A stretch of DNA of 64,000 nt from the human T2T-CHM13v2.0 reference genome, Homo sapiens. Position 1 is the stretch's first letter. Each line of letters starts with the position of its first letter. Shown one piece after another: positions 29,120 to 44,846 of this stretch. The notes under the pieces are model-generated. The model had not been told where the DNA came from. It was given only the letters and a program-made list of their open reading frames with translations, and did no database searches. The stretch lies in assembly GCF_009914755.1 (NCBI RefSeq), contig NC_060945.1; one strand, written 5' to 3'. The position numbers and the translations under genes were made by a program.

Positions 29120-30555
29120 GCAATAAAGTATTTTTAAAATTAAGGTATGTACATTGTTTTTAGACATAATGCTATTGCACACAATAGACTACAGTAGGGT
29201 GTAAACATAAATTTTATATGCCTTGGGAAATGAAAAAATTCATGTGACTTGCTTTAATTTAATATTTGCTTTATTATGGTACCTGAAAAATGAACCCACA
29301 GTATTTCTGAGATATACCTATATTCTAATATGTGTCTTTTATCACATTTGCAAATATGTCTCCCATCCTGTATCTGCTCTTAATCCTCTTAATCAGGGCT
29401 TTTGCAGATAAAATATTTTTAATTTTGATGAAGTGCATATTATCAGTTCTTACGAATCATGTTTGGTGTTAAGTTTAGCCGTAGATCACAAAGATTCCTT
29501 CTATTCTGTCTAAGTTTTATAGTTTTACATTTTATATTTGAGTGTGCAATTTATTTTCAGTTAATTTTTCTGTAAGGTGTGAGACTTAGATTGAAGTTCA
29601 TGCTTTTGCCTATGGATATTTGATTGCTCTTACATCATTTTTTGGAAAGTCTATCCTCTCACCAGTTGCCTTTGCAATTCTCCAAATCATTTGAGAAACT
29701 CATTTCTCCAAAATCATTTGGGCACCTTTCTGTGGTTCTCTATAGTATTTTCCATACTGGATTTCTTATATCGTTCCATTGATTGCCATGTCCATCCTTC
29801 TGACAATGTCACATAATCTTGGCTACTGTGGCTGTAAGTCTTGAAATTGGGTAGAGATTTCTCTCATTTGCTCTTGTAAAAAATGTTTCAGTTATTCTAG
29901 TTTCTTTGCTTTTCCATATTTATTTTAGAACCAACTTCTCTATATATACACACATTTTTGATGAAATTTTAATGAAAGTTGCATTAAATTTGTATAATAA
30001 TTTAGGGAAAATTGATATCTCTACTATGCTGAATGTTCTTATCCATGAACTTAGTATGTCTCCATTTATTTAGATATATTTGTTTTAATTCTTCAGTGTT
30101 TTGTAGTTGTCAGCATAAAATTTCTACATGTTTTGGTGGATTTACACCTAAGTGTGTGTTTATTTTCAGGGATTTTATTATATTTTTAATTTGAGTATCC
30201 ATGTGTTCATTGATAATATACAAAAATAAAATGAATTTTTGTGTGTTTATCTTTAGTTTTATGACATTGCTGAACTCATTGATTCTAGAAGCTTTTGGTA
30301 GGTTCCTTGGGATTTTTTTAGATAATCAAGTCACCTGCAGATTTGGACAATTTAGTTTATCTTTTCTGATCTCTAGGTCTTTTATTTATTTCCTTATTAC
30401 ACAGGTTAGAATTTCCAGCACTACGTGGAATATAAGTGAGCAACCTTGTCCTGTTCCCGATGTTAGGGGAAAATCATTCACTATTTTGCTGTGAAGTATG
30501 ATGCTAGCTGTAGATTTGTGTAGATGATATTTATCAAGTTAAATACCTTTTTCTC

Positions 30556-30926
30556 TGTCCTAGTCTATTTGTACTGCTATAACAAAATACCTGGACTTAG
30601 TAATTTATAAACAATAGACATTTACTTCCCATGGTTTGGGAATCTGGGAAGCTCAAGATCAAGGTCCCAGCATTTGGTATTTGGTGAGAGCCTTCTTGCT
30701 GCATTCTCACATGGCAGAAGGGGCAAATGCTGCGTCCTTACATGGCGGAAGGCAGAGGGCAAAAAAGGGCCTAAGCTAGTCCCCGCCACCCCTTTTATAA
30801 GACGTTATTTATTAGGGCAGAGCCCTGATGAGTTAATCACTTCCCAGAAGGTGCCACTCTTAACACCACTACAATGGGGATTTAGTTTCAGCACATTAAT
30901 TTTAGGGGACATTCAGACCATAGCAG
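30556..30926 (-). mobile_element. MST/MLT1A-family MaLR LTR
   Basis: tgtcctagtct...ctgctataacaaaatacc to acattcagaccatagca. Confidence 0.85.
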
Positions 30927-31132
30927 CCTCTATTTCTAGTTTTCTGAGAGGTTTTATCACAAATAGATGTTGGATTTTGTCAAATGCTTCACTACATTGA
31001 GCAATAGGATTACTTGATTTTTCTTCTTTAGCCTGTAAATATGAAGTACTACATTAATTGATTTTCAAATACTGGAGCAGTTTTCCATTCCTGGAGTAAA
31101 CCCCATTTGGTCATGCTGCACAATTCTTTGTA

Positions 31133-31329
31133 CAGAGGCTCCCTGACTTAGGATGGGGTTACATCCTGATAAACCCATTGTATATTGAAAGTGTCGTAAG
31201 TGAAAAATGCAACCTGGTCTTTGGTCAAGGAATCACTCTTGCTAAAAGTCTGAAACCTCATGGTTTCATATGACTTTTTCACCATCATAAAATAAAAAAG
31301 TCATAAGCTGAACCATTGTAAGTCAGGGA
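31133..31329 (+). mobile_element. MER47-like non-autonomous Tigger-type element
   Basis: TA-cagaggctccctgacttaggatggggttacatcctgataaaccc ... aaccattgtaagtcaggga. Confidence 0.75.
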
Positions 31330-32119
31330 ATTGCTGAATTCCATTTTTTAATACTTTGCTAAGGATATTTTGCATCTATATTCATGAGGGATGTAGGTCT
31401 GTATTTTTATTTCTTTTGGTAATGTCTTTTTTGGTTTTGGTGTCAGGGTAATACTAACTTTGTAAGATGAATTCAGAAATTTTTCCTCTTCTTTTGTCTT
31501 CTGGAAAATATGATAACCAAAATAAAAAACTCAATGGATGGATGGAGAGATCAGAGGAAGGAATCAGTGAAATGAAAGATAGAACATTAGAAATTATCCA
31601 ATTTTTATATCCAATTATTATATCTATAATAACAGATATAATATAGACCAAAAAAGAACAAAGGCTCAGAAATCTGGGGGGCTATGAAAAAAATTGCTAA
31701 GAATCATGTCATCACATTTCAAGAAGAAGAGGAGAAGAAGAGCAAAGCTGAAAAAAGTACTTGAAGAAACAATAGCTAAAAATTTCTGTGGGTTTGTCTG
31801 GAGTGAGCAGTTATTTTGTTAAAGTTTTCTGTCTTGCTAGGCTGTCCCTTTTCTGGTCAAAACTAGGTAAAACATGCTTTTGTTGGGGCTTCCTCCCCCT
31901 CCCACCCAACATCCATTCATATTTATGGTACTATGAACACCCAGGGAATTCACTATCATGTCATTCCTTGGGTCGCACGGTCTCTAGCTGGTCTGCCTTC
32001 CTCTAGTCATCTTTCAGAGTCTATGATTGTTTTATATATAATGTCCAGTGTTTTCAATTATGCTTAGTGGGAGGAATACAGAAAGCACATCTACTCCATC
32101 TTCCCAGAAGTGGAAGTTA

Positions 32120-33050
32120 ACCTACAGAAAGATCATTCTGACTAGTATGGGACTGACTGCCTGTAACCAGGCAAAAACTGAAGCAAGAAGACCTATTAAA
32201 AACTGAGTGCACTTATCCACGTGAAGAATAATGGTGGCATATGGCCATAGAGTGATAGCAGTGGAGGTGGTAAGAAGTAGCTGGACCCTGAACATAATGT
32301 GAAGAAAGTACAGGTAGAATTTGCTGATATATGAGGTATGTAGTATGAGAGGAAGAAAAGAGTCCCAGGGTTTTAGACTGACAAGCAGGAGAATGGCGTG
32401 CCATCAGTTGATATAGAGAAAGATGAGGAGGAGCAGGCTAGGGGGAACAGAAGGATGATTGTATTATGTTTTTCAAATGGGAAGTGAAACATGCCAATTA
32501 TACAGCCAAATCAAGGTGTTAGGTAGGCATATGGATAGCAGCCTGAAGTTTAGAGGATGGAGTCCAGGCTGAAAAGATAAACTGGAGATTCATCAGCCCA
32601 TAGGAGCTATTTAGAGTCATGAAACCAGGTGAAATCACTAAGGAAGTAAGCTAGAGAAGAGTACCAAGAACCTAACCCTGGGTTTTCCAGTGAGGCCTGG
32701 GATAGGGGAAGGAATCCGAAACAAAACAAAACAAAACAAAAATACTGCGTGTCATCAATCAGAGAGCTAGGAGAAAAGACAGGATAGAGGTATATCCTAG
32801 AAGCCAAGTAAAAAAAGTATTTCAAGAAGGAGGGAACAATGACCTGGATTCAGATCCTGCTGATAGGTCAAATAAGATAGGATTGAGACTTGATCACTGG
32901 ATTTAGCAAAGTCAAAGAGGCCTTTGGTGATTCCCACAAAGCTGTTTTTGGTGGAGTAATAGGGCAAAATCCACATTGCAGTAGGTTAAAGAAAGAATAG
33001 GAGGGAATTGCAGATAATAAATGTAGATTTAGGTGAGTCACTAAGTTCAC
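32120..33050 (-). mobile_element. L2 LINE fragment
   Basis: GA-rich antisense L2 motifs (agcagtggaggtggtaagaagtag, ctgataggtcaaataagataggattgaga). Confidence 0.8.
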
Positions 33051-33363
33051 CTATAATTGAGGATAATGGTGATGCCTTTCCTTCCTTAAATTAATCTTTA
33101 CGGAGGACTTACTTTGGGTTAGACACAGCAAAGTAAGGAGATCTAAGGTGAAAGAGACTTTTAGGGTTATAGGAAGAGATATAAAAATAACAAGTACATT
33201 GGATTGTAACAGGAGATCATAGACAAATATGTATAATACTGCAATGGAATGGCAGATTCTCTACAAAGTCAGGATAGAGTTTTCCAGGGATGTGACACTA
33301 TACCTTGAAGAAGTTTATCACAGGAATCAATACACGTGAGTGTTTTAAAAATAAGGTGTTGCT

Positions 33364-33955
<592 letters not shown>

Positions 33956-34091
33956 ATAAGGTCCTGTGGAAGTATATGTTAAATCAAGAGGGTATTAAGT
34001 ATGAAATTTATGCGGTTCTGATGGTGCCATTGGTAAGGAAGGACCTGAGATTAACTCATAAGAGAGATAGAGAATTACTGATTTTACTGCT

Positions 34092-34514
34092 TGATATAGT
34101 GTGGATATTTGTCCTTTCCAAATCTCATATTGAAATGTGATCCCCAGTGTTGGAGGTGGGGCCTAGTGGGAGGTGTTTGGATCATGGGGGAAGATCCCTC
34201 ATCAATGGCTTGGTGTCCTCCCTGCAGTAATGAGAGAGTTCTTACTCTGTTAATTCACATGATAACTGTTTAAAGAAGAGCATGGAACTTCCCTGCTCCT
34301 TGCTTTCTTTCTGTTTATGTGACATGCCTGTTCCTCTTTCACCTTCCACCATGAGTAAAAGCTTCCTGAGGCCTCAGCAGAGGCCAAGCAGATGCTGGTG
34401 CCATGATTGTACAGCCCGCAGAGCCATGAGCCAAAACACCTCTTTTCTTCATAATCTTCATAAATTGCCCAGTCTCAGATATTCCTTTATAGCAACGCAA
34501 AACAGACTAACACA
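34092..34514 (+). mobile_element. MSTB-like MaLR solo LTR
   Basis: tgatatagtgtggatatttgtcc ... gcaaaacagactaacaca. Confidence 0.88.
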
Positions 34515-34819
34515 GTGCTCATAAAATGTCTGTTAAACCAGAGAAATATGAATGGGCAATGCTACAGTTTAATTTTCCATTCTTAGTGTTTATAGTGATT
34601 TACATGAGGTTTGATAAATGTTAAGCTATGGAATAAAACACACAGAAGTCTATCTTCCCCACACCCTGCCCCCTGCCACTCTGCTACAGAAAACCATCAA
34701 TGTATATCCCTGTGACTGTCTACCATATCAGCTTGTTGGCTTGAACATTTTGAGTATTACAAACCATCATCCTAACATTAGATGCAAAGACCAAATGTTA
34801 CACTTCCTTTAAAAACAAA

Positions 34820-35150
34820 GAGAGGTGAAATAAGCCAGTCATAAAAGGACAAATAATATATGATTCCACTTAAGTGAGATACCAAGAGTAGTCAAATTCA
34901 GAGACAGAAAATAACATGGGGAATGGGTTTTAAAGGTTGTGGGGAAGGGAAAAATGGGGAATTATTGTTTAATGGATACAGAGTTTCAGTTTTGCAAGAT
35001 GAAAACAGTTGTGGAGATAGATGGTGGTGATAGTTGCACAAAAGTGTGAATGTATTTAATGCCACTTAACTGTACACTTGAAAATGGTTAAGATGGTGAA
35101 TTTTATGTGTATTTTACCACCACTAAAAAAAATAAAAATAAGAAATACAA
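34820..35150 (+). mobile_element. L1MB 3' end
   Basis: gatggtggtgatagttgcaca ... cttgaaaatggttaagatgg plus an A-rich tail. Confidence 0.85.
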
Positions 35151-35615
35151 AAAGGAAGGAGACCTTTGCCTCTGCCCATGGTGGAGTAACCAGGATAGGA
35201 CTTATCCTTCTGTTGTGAACAACCAGAAAACTGGAAAAATATATAAAACAACTTACTTCAGACACTGGACAACAGGCTGCACAAGACTGATAAAGATAAA
35301 CCCTGTAATTCCCAACTTTCTTAGTAAAAGTACTTTTCAAACTGCATGGCAATGAGGGGGAATATAAGCAGAGCCTTACAGCATAACTGAGTTGGTGAAA
35401 CATAAAAGCTCAGGCAGGCTTAGTTAGTTGGAGATTGTGAAGAGGAGATACATGGAAAGACTCTGAAGAGAAGTAAAATCAGCCCCAAAAATCTGCACTG
35501 GGGATTCCTTCAGTCTGTTGCCAAACACTAACCAATAACCAACACATGAGACTCCATGAGGCAAGACAAGAAACAAAAACAAAACAAAACAAAACAAAAA
35601 GCCTGTAAGATGAAC

Positions 35616-35916
35616 TTTTTTTTTTTTTTTTTTTTGAGATGGAGTCTTACTCTGTCGCTCAGGCTGTAGTGCAGTGGCACAATCTTGGCTCACCACAACC
35701 TCTGCCTCCTGGGTTCAAGTGATTCTCCTGCCTCAGCCTCCTGAGTAGCTGGGATTACAGGCATCTGCTACCACCTTGGCTAATTTTTGTGTTTTTAGTA
35801 GAGACAGGGTTTCACCATATTGGCCAGGCTGGTCTCAAACTCCAGACCTCAAGTGATTCGCCTGCCTTGGCCTCCCAAAGTGCTGGGATTACAGGTGTGA
35901 ACCACCGTGCCTGGCC
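35616..35916 (-). mobile_element. AluS SINE
   Basis: TSD taagatgaac at 35606-35615 and 35917-35926. Confidence 0.95.
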
Positions 35917-37428
35917 TAAGATGAACAATTCACATTGCTCAACAGAGGTTCGGGAGACAATTAGAGTTTTGGCCATCCAGAATGGAGCATCCCTCCTGAA
36001 CCACCAAGGCAATCAGTAGAGGTAACGGAAAGGTATACCTCAAGAGTAGGTCTAAATTAGCTGTAGAGTAAAAGATACTGTACATCCAACCTAACAAAGC
36101 TTAAAAAAGCTGATCCACAAGTAAATTATCTGCATGAAAGAAGACAGTCTACTATTCTTTTAAAAAATAACGACAAAATCCAGACACTTAATGTAATTTT
36201 CACAGTGTCTACTGTCATCTAAAGCTATTGGACCTACAAAGAAGCAAGAAAATATGGCCAAAAACAAGAGGAAAAGCAGTCAATAGGAACAGACCCTGAA
36301 AGGTAGAGATGATGAACTGTCCAAACAAGGATCTTAAAACAAGTATTATAAATATGTAGAAGTACTTAAAGGGCAACATGAACATAGTATAAGATAAATA
36401 GAAGATATATAAAAAAGAGTCAGATGGAACTTTGACAGTGAAATAAATATCAGAAATGAAAACTTTAATAAATGAAATTAACAGCTGATTAGATGTGTAG
36501 AAGAAAAACAGCTGTATAACATAGAAATAGAAAAGACCCAAACTAAAACACAAGGAGGAAAAAAGAGCTTCAGTGACCTGTGGAACAGTATCAGGCAGTG
36601 TGACATAACCTAGAAGTCCCAGAAGAGGAGGAGAAGAAGGTGTGAAGAAAAAAAATATTTGAAGAAACAATGGCAGGCAATGCCAGAAAATACTTCAAAT
36701 GTGGTAAGAGCAATAAACCCACAATTTGAAGATGCTTAATAAAACTCAAGAAAGATAAAGAAAACCATATTGAGGCCCCAAAGTGTAGGAGGAGAACCTT
36801 AAGCACAGAGGCAGAAATATAAGAATGAATAGGCATGGATTTCTCATCAGCAATTAGCCAAAAAAGAAAAAAACAGTGGACCCACAACTTTAAAGTGCTA
36901 AAAGAAAGACTGTCAACCTATAATTCTATTTCCAGAGTAAATATTATTTAAAATTAAGGAGAAATAAAGACTTTCCAGAAAAACAAAAGCTGAATTTGTC
37001 ACCAGCAAATTTAGGTAATAAGAGAAGTTAGAGAAAGTTCTTAAGGAGGAATTAAAATGATATAGGTGAGCATCTATCCATCAAGAAAAAGAAAAATCCA
37101 CTATGATAGATATGGATAATACAGTGATGTTGTCAGGGCTGGAGAAATGGAATGCCAAAAGAGAAAGAACTAATAAACAAGAGGAACAAAGAACAGATGA
37201 AATAAACAACAAACAAGTAGTAAGTTAGTAAATTTAAACCCAACAGTATCAAAATTATAGTAAAAGTAAATGGTCAAAACATTCCAATTATAAGGCAAAG
37301 ACAGGATAAAAAACAAGACCCAACAATATGAATAAAACTCACATTAAATATAAAGATACAACTAGGTTAGAAGAAAAAGGATGAAAAAGATATACCATGC
37401 AAAGACTAATCGGAGATAAAGACATTTC

Positions 37429-37729
<301 letters not shown>

Positions 37730-40700
37730 AAAGACATTTCATAGTGATAAAATATCAGTTTATCAAAAAATATAACAATCCTACTGTGTATGTACCCAAA
37801 AACAAGTTTTAAAATACATGAAACAGAATTAAAAGTAGAAATAAGACAGCACTCTTTTTCCTGTACTAAAGCAAGTAGACATGAAATCAATAAGAGAATA
37901 GAAGAGTTGAACAACACCAGCAACCAATTTGTTCTACTGAAACTTATAGAATATGCCAGCCAACAACTGAAGAATACAAACTAATTTCAAGAAAACATGA
38001 AAAAGTGTTAAATAATAAAATGTTTTCTGACTACCACAAAATTAAATTAGAAATCAATAATAAGGTTATTGATAAGAACATGAGATTCTTCTTATGATTT
38101 TTGCAACTTCTGGTAAGTCTACAATTATTTCCAAATATAAAAAGTTCAAAAATATGTGAGATACAGCTAAGGCAGTGGTTACGTAGAAGTGTACAGATGT
38201 CAGTGCTGACATCAGAAGAGGAAAAAGATCCCAAATCAATTACTTTAACCTTTACCTTAAGAAGCTAATAAAATAACAGTAAAGTATATCCAAAATAAAT
38301 AGGAAGAAAATAATAAAGTTAAGAATAAAGATCAATAAAATGAAAAACAGTAAAAAGAATATGAAGGCATAATCATTGTACTTGAAAAAGGCAATAAAAT
38401 TAATAAACCTTTGGCTCAACTGATCAGGAGAAGAGAAGAAATACAGGTTAAAAATATCAGTAGTGAAAAAGAAGACATCATTACAGATCTTACAACACTG
38501 AAAAGGCTAATGATGCAATATCTTATATCACTGAACTTGATAACTTAGAAAAATTCAGTACCTTAAAAAAAAAACAACAACAAAAACAAATTACTAAAAT
38601 TGACTCATGACACAAAAATCTGAAAAGCTTTAAAAATCCAAGTCCTTAATTTAAAATTTTACCACTAAGAAAACTTGAGGCCCAGACGAATTCTATCAAA
38701 AGTTTGAGAAAAAAATAATATTCCTACACAATTTTTTTTTCAGAAAATGGATGAGGGAATACTGCCGAATTTATTTAATTAGGCCAGCTTTATCCTGTCA
38801 TGAAACCTGGCAAAAATATTCCAAGATAAAAAACACCAGAAAATTTAACTCAGGATCATAGATATAAAAGTCCTTAATCACTGATATAAAAGATGACAAG
38901 TATCAGCAAATCAAACTCAGGAAGATAGGTAGGTAGGTAGATAAGCCATCAGGACCAAATGGGGTTCAACCTAGGAATGCAAGGTTGGTTTAACATTTAG
39001 TAAACTCAAAATATTAACAATAAAAAAATACTCTCCTATGATCACCTCAATACATGCAGGTAAAACACTTGACAAAATTCAACACACATTGATGATAAAA
39101 AAAATTTTAGGAAACAAAAAAAGGGAACTTCTTCAAGCTAACAGGTGGATTTATGAAAATCCGACAATTAACATTATACTTCATGGCGAATGACTGAACG
39201 TTTCCCCCTAAGATAAAGAACAAGGCAAGAAGATCCATTCTCACTACTTCTATTCAATATTATACTGGAAGTCCTAGACAATAAAGTGGGAAAAATAAAT
39301 AAAAGGCATACATATTGGATAGGAATTCACAGATGATCAGATCATAGAGAAAAGGTTATTAAAACTAATAACTTTAGCTAAATTGAGGATACAAGTTCAA
39401 TATATAAAGCAAACTATTTTTGTATACTAGCTAACATTGGAAATGAAAAAAATTATAAACTGCCATTTATAATAGTACCCCAGAATATGAAACAGGATAA
39501 AGTTAATAAAATATGTGTAAGACTTGTATACTGGAAATTTCAAAACAGTGCTAGGAGAAATGAAAGACTTAATACATGAAGAGATTATGATGTGCACTGA
39601 CTGGAAGACTCAATGTTGGTAAAATGTCAATTTGAATTGATCTACAGATTGAAAGCTATCTCAATCAAACTCTAGCAGGCTTTTTTGGAGGAAGTTGAGA
39701 AGCTGAGTCTAAATTTTTGTTTTTAAATGCAAAAGACCTAAAACAGCCACAACTATTTGGAAAAGAACAAAGTTGGAGGACTTGATTTATCTGGTTTCAA
39801 ATATCCAGTAATAGCATATGATAGCATAGGGATAGGCATGTAGATGGAACAGAACACAGAGTCTAAAAATAGACCCAAGCTTGTATGATCAATTGATTTT
39901 TGACAAGTGTCAAGGCATTTCAGTGGAGAAAGGGAAATATTTCCAACAAACTGTCAGAAGAACTGAATATCCATATATAAAAAAAAGAACCTTGATTCTT
40001 GCCTAACACTGTATTCAAAATTAACCTGAATATAAAAGCTAAGTCCATGAAACTTTTAGAAGAAAACAAAGGAGAAAATCTTTCTGACCTTGGGGCTTGC
40101 TAGATTCTTAGATACATCAACAAATAGATAAAAATAAAAATAAAGCAATACATCAACAAAAGAAAAACTAATTTACATCTCATCAAAGTTTTAAAATTCT
40201 GTTCTTTGCAAGACACCATTTACAAAATGAAAAGGCAAATAGAATGGAAATTTTTTTCCTACATATATCTGAAAAAAGGACTATTTCAGAATATACAAAG
40301 ACCTTTTGCAGCTCAATAATAAGGAAACAACAACTCAATAAAAAATACCAAAATATTTCTACAGATACATCACAGAAGACATACAAATGGCTAATAAGCA
40401 TATGAAAAAGATGCTCATCATCATTAGTCTTCAGGAAAATGAAAGCTAAAAGCACAAGGAGATATTAATATCTATCATTAGTCTTTAGGAAAATAAAAAC
40501 TAAAGTTGTAAAGAGATACCGGTATACATCTAATAGAATGGCTAAAATGTAATGAAAATAAGTAGTGATACAAATAGTGGTAAACTGGATCCGTCACACA
40601 GGGCAAGGGGGAGAGTAAACCACTCAACCACTTTGGAAAACAGTTTGACAGATCCTTATAAAGCTAAATACCGTAGCACTTACCGTATACCACCTAACCA

Positions 40701-41083
40701 TTCCGCTCCCAGATAATTACCCACAAAAAAATGAAAGTATATTCTTATGCAAAGACATGTACAAAAGTGTTCACAGTAGCTTTATTTATAATAGTTAAAA
40801 GCTAGGAACAATTAAAAAATCTATCAACAGGCAAGTAAACAAAGAGTACAATACTAACTAATAAACAGGAACAAAATACATTCATACAGTATGGATTCAT
40901 CTTAAAAATGATGAAAGAAGTAAGCCAGACATAACAAAAGAAGTCAGTACATATCATATGATTCTATTTACATAAGAATATCAATAATTGCCCAGACTGG
41001 AAGGTGAGAGTGGGGAATATTGAATGAAAAGGGGTACCAGAGCCTTTTGGGGTGATGTTCTATATCTTGTTTGTGGGGGTAGT

Positions 41084-41178
41084 TATATATATATATATAT
41101 CATATATATATTATATATATATAAAATATATATATAATATATATGTATGTATGTATGTGTGTGTGTGTGTGTATATAC
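41084..41178. repeat. (TA)n/(TATG)n/(TG)n microsatellite
   Basis: Seen directly. Confidence 0.9.
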
Positions 41179-44100
41179 ATCACAATTCACTAATCTGTAC
41201 ACCTCAAATAGATGAATTTGATTGTACATAAATTAAACAGAGAGAGGGAGAATTCTGCCCTCAATTAGAATACAGTGAGTCAGAGCAGGCCAACATTACC
41301 AATGGAACAAGTGGATTTATAAAAAATGGTAAATTGCAAAAACTGTATGTCTAAAATGATCAAAGCAATGAAGAGTATATGAGCTATAACAACCCTTCTA
41401 GATAAGCTAAAAATAAGCCAGTAATTCCAAACATTGCCTAAGAATCACATGTGGTTGAAGCTGAGGGATTCTATGGGAGAAAAGAAAAACCAGCAGAGTG
41501 TTTCTGCAGTCTCAAGGTACTACTATAATTGACTGGAAACTAAAGGAGTCCCCAGCACAAGGCTTGTTCTGTCCACCAGATTATCTGGCAAGTTCTGGAA
41601 CTGTGCAAGAAGCCAGGAGATGGACCAGTGAGATAGAATGGCAACTCTCCCACGTTCTCCAGGTGTCTAGGGGATAGAGTCACCCTGAAGGAAACAGGCC
41701 TGCAACAAGTACACAGTCCGTCTTCCCCTCAAGTCATTTTTCCAGATTTTGAATCCATAGTATGTGGCAGGAAGCTGAAAAGATCAGCTCAGAAGCTTTA
41801 ACTGGCTGAACTTTCAGGACTGAGGAGATAAGGACCTGGAAGGGTCTCAATAAAGAATCCAGGAAGGCCACTCTCAAGTTCAGGGACAAACTAGAGGTTT
41901 CTAAACAGAGACCTTAGGTTGTAACTCAAAAAACTAGAAGAAGAACAGCAAAATAATCTAAAGTAAGTTGAAGGAAAAAAATAAGAATGTAGAAATCAAC
42001 AAAATTTAAAACAGACAAAAAATTGAGCCAAAAGCTGGTTCTTTGAAAAGATCAACAGAATCTATGAGCTCATAGCTAGAATGATCAAGATAAAAAAAAA
42101 AAGAAGGCACAAAACATGAATATCAAGAATGAAAGAGGAATTATCTCCACAGATCCTACAGATAATAAAAGGATAATAAGAGAATATCCTAAACAACTTT
42201 AGCCAGCGTATTAAACAACTGGGAATAATTGGTCGAATTCCTTGAAAGACTAAAGCTCATTCAAAACAACGAAGCAATTAAAGCTCATTCAAAAAGAAAT
42301 AAATAACCTGAATAGGCCCATATCTACTATATAAATTCAATTTCTAGTTAAAAACTCTAAGCTCAGAAGGCTACACTGGTTCATTCTACCAGATGTTTTT
42401 AAAAGAATTAATACTGATTCTACCCAGACTCTTCCAGAAAACAGAAGAGAGGAAAACACCTCTGAACTCATCTTATGAGGCCAAGAATATCCGGATACCA
42501 AAACCAGATGAAGATATTACAAGAAAAACCTACTGACTAATATTCCTCATGTAACTAGGTACTAAAATCCTTAAAACATTATCAAATCAAATCCAGAAAT
42601 ATTTTAAATGGATAAAACATCACAACCAAATGAGGTTTATAGCAAGAACGCGAGGTTGGTTTACTCATTATTCAATGTAATCATCATCATTCAATGTAAT
42701 TCACCATATTAACAATAAAGGAGAAAAACCAGACAATTATTTCAATAGTTGCAGAAAAACATTTGACAAAATTCAACACCCACTAATAATAAAAATTCTC
42801 AGTAAATTAGGAACATACAATAATTTCGTCAACCTGATAAAGGGCATCTATAAAAAACCTACAGCTAACTTCATACTCAAAGGTGAAATAGTGAACACTT
42901 ACCTCCTAAGACTACCAACAAGGCAAGGATGTCTACTCTTGCCACTTCTCTTCAACATTGTTCTGATACCCACAATAACGTGGGTGAATCTCAAAATTAT
43001 TATGTTAACTGAAAGAAGACAGACATAAAAAGAGTTTATAGTATATGATTCCATTAATACAAAATACAGACTAATCTAAAATGACAAAAAGCATGTTTTT
43101 GTTTTTCTTGGACCCAGAGGCAGTGGAGGGAATAGCCCATAAAGGAACACAAGTAATCTTTTGGGGGTGATGGAAATGCCCTGTCTTAGGATCATACACA
43201 ACTGTTAAAACTCATCAAATTGTACACTTTAATAGAATATAATTTTTAAGGTAAATCATTCCCCAATAAATTTGATGAGAACAAATATGATTAATATGTT
43301 TAAAAACAGGAAAAGAGGAACAAATGGATAAAAAGATGAAGAATTTCAATGCTGACAGAAAACTGTCAATCTAGAATTCTATACTCAGTGAAAATATTTT
43401 TCAAAAATGAAGGGCAACATAAATATGTTCTCAGACAAAGATTGAGACAGTCTGTCACAGACAGACCTGCACTATAAGAATACTTTTAGCAAGTTCTTTA
43501 GGTTGAAAGGAAATATTCCCAAATGGAAGCATAGAAGAAATGAAGAACACAAGAAAGGGTAAATATATGAACAAATATTTTAAGATACTTACTGCTTAAA
43601 ACAGAAATAATGTCATATTGAATCTATAACATGTAAAAATATATGACTCTGTCAGTGCAGGAGGGGATAAAGGGAGTTAAACTCTTCTGAGATTTTTAAA
43701 GCAGTCTGTAATAAATTATAGTGTAATTGAAATCTCTTAGATAACTACGAAAATGATAACACTAGAATAAATAAAGAAGCTGAGATTAAAACAACGGAAT
43801 AAAAAATACCTCATTATTCCAAACGAAGATGGGAAAGGGGAAATAAAGTAACCAAAGAACCACAGGACCCAAAAAACAACAAAAACAACAACCAACCAAA
43901 TAGCAAGATGGTAGAATTAAAATGAACATTTTAGAAATACAAATTGAATGCAAATAGATTAAACACTCCAATTAAAATTCTAAAGGTTGTCTATAGAATA
44001 AAAACTATGTTTTGTCTAAAAGAAGCATATTTTAAAAGCAAGGATGTAGTTAGGTTGAAAGTAGACGAGAAAAATCTATACCACTTGAACATTAACCAAA

Positions 44101-44846
44101 ACAAACTGGAATAACTTTATTACTGTAGTCAAAATTGACATTAAGGCAAAATATATTACCAGAGAAAATGAAGGTCATTGCATAATTATAAAAGGGCTAG
44201 TTTAGTGGGAAGATGTAACACCCTGAATAGGCATGCATCTAATATTGTCTCCTTAAAATACAAAAAGCAAAAACAGAACTGAAAAGAGGAATAAATAAAT
44301 ACACAATCATAGTTGAAAACTTTACATGGCATTACACTGAAATTTGTAAATAAATTTAGCAAGGTTGCTGGATAGAAGGTGAATAAAGACCACTCAATTA
44401 TATTTCTATGTAGCAGCAGCAGTAAAATCAAAAGAACTTCTAGAAATAAAACCAGTGCCTCTATAGTAAAGACAACAGAATATCATTGAGAAAAATTAAA
44501 GAATGCTTAAGTGGAGGAATAAATCATATTATTTGAATTGAAAAACTCAATATTATAAAAATATCAGTTCTTTCCCAAACTGCTCTTTGAAACTAAAACA
44601 CCACGATCGAAATTTCAGCAATTTGTTTTTTTTAGGTGTAAATCAGCATGTTTATTCTAAAACATATAAAGATGTGCAAAAGACTTCGAATAGCACAGGC
44701 AGTTGTAATGCAGAATGCCAGTGGAGGATCTCCACCAGCCATTATGAGGATATACTATTAAGCTATAGTAATCAGTACAGAGCCTTGACATAAGATGGAG
44801 AAATTGAAATAGAAGAGTCAAGAAACAGACCCACCCAAATGGTGTG

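Larger units (their letters stand above)
29323..32117 (-). mobile_element. Old L1M fragments (ORF2 to 5' region) with nested elements and a plus-strand ORF1 piece at ~31515-31790
   Basis: Antisense ORF2 motifs (cttgtcctgttcccgatgttaggggaaaatc, ggattttgtcaaatgct). Confidence 0.7.

Noticed and set aside
40420-42700. Small local duplications (~40420-40530, 42251-42295, 42670-42701)
   Set aside because: They are ordinary slippage events in old L1 sequence.
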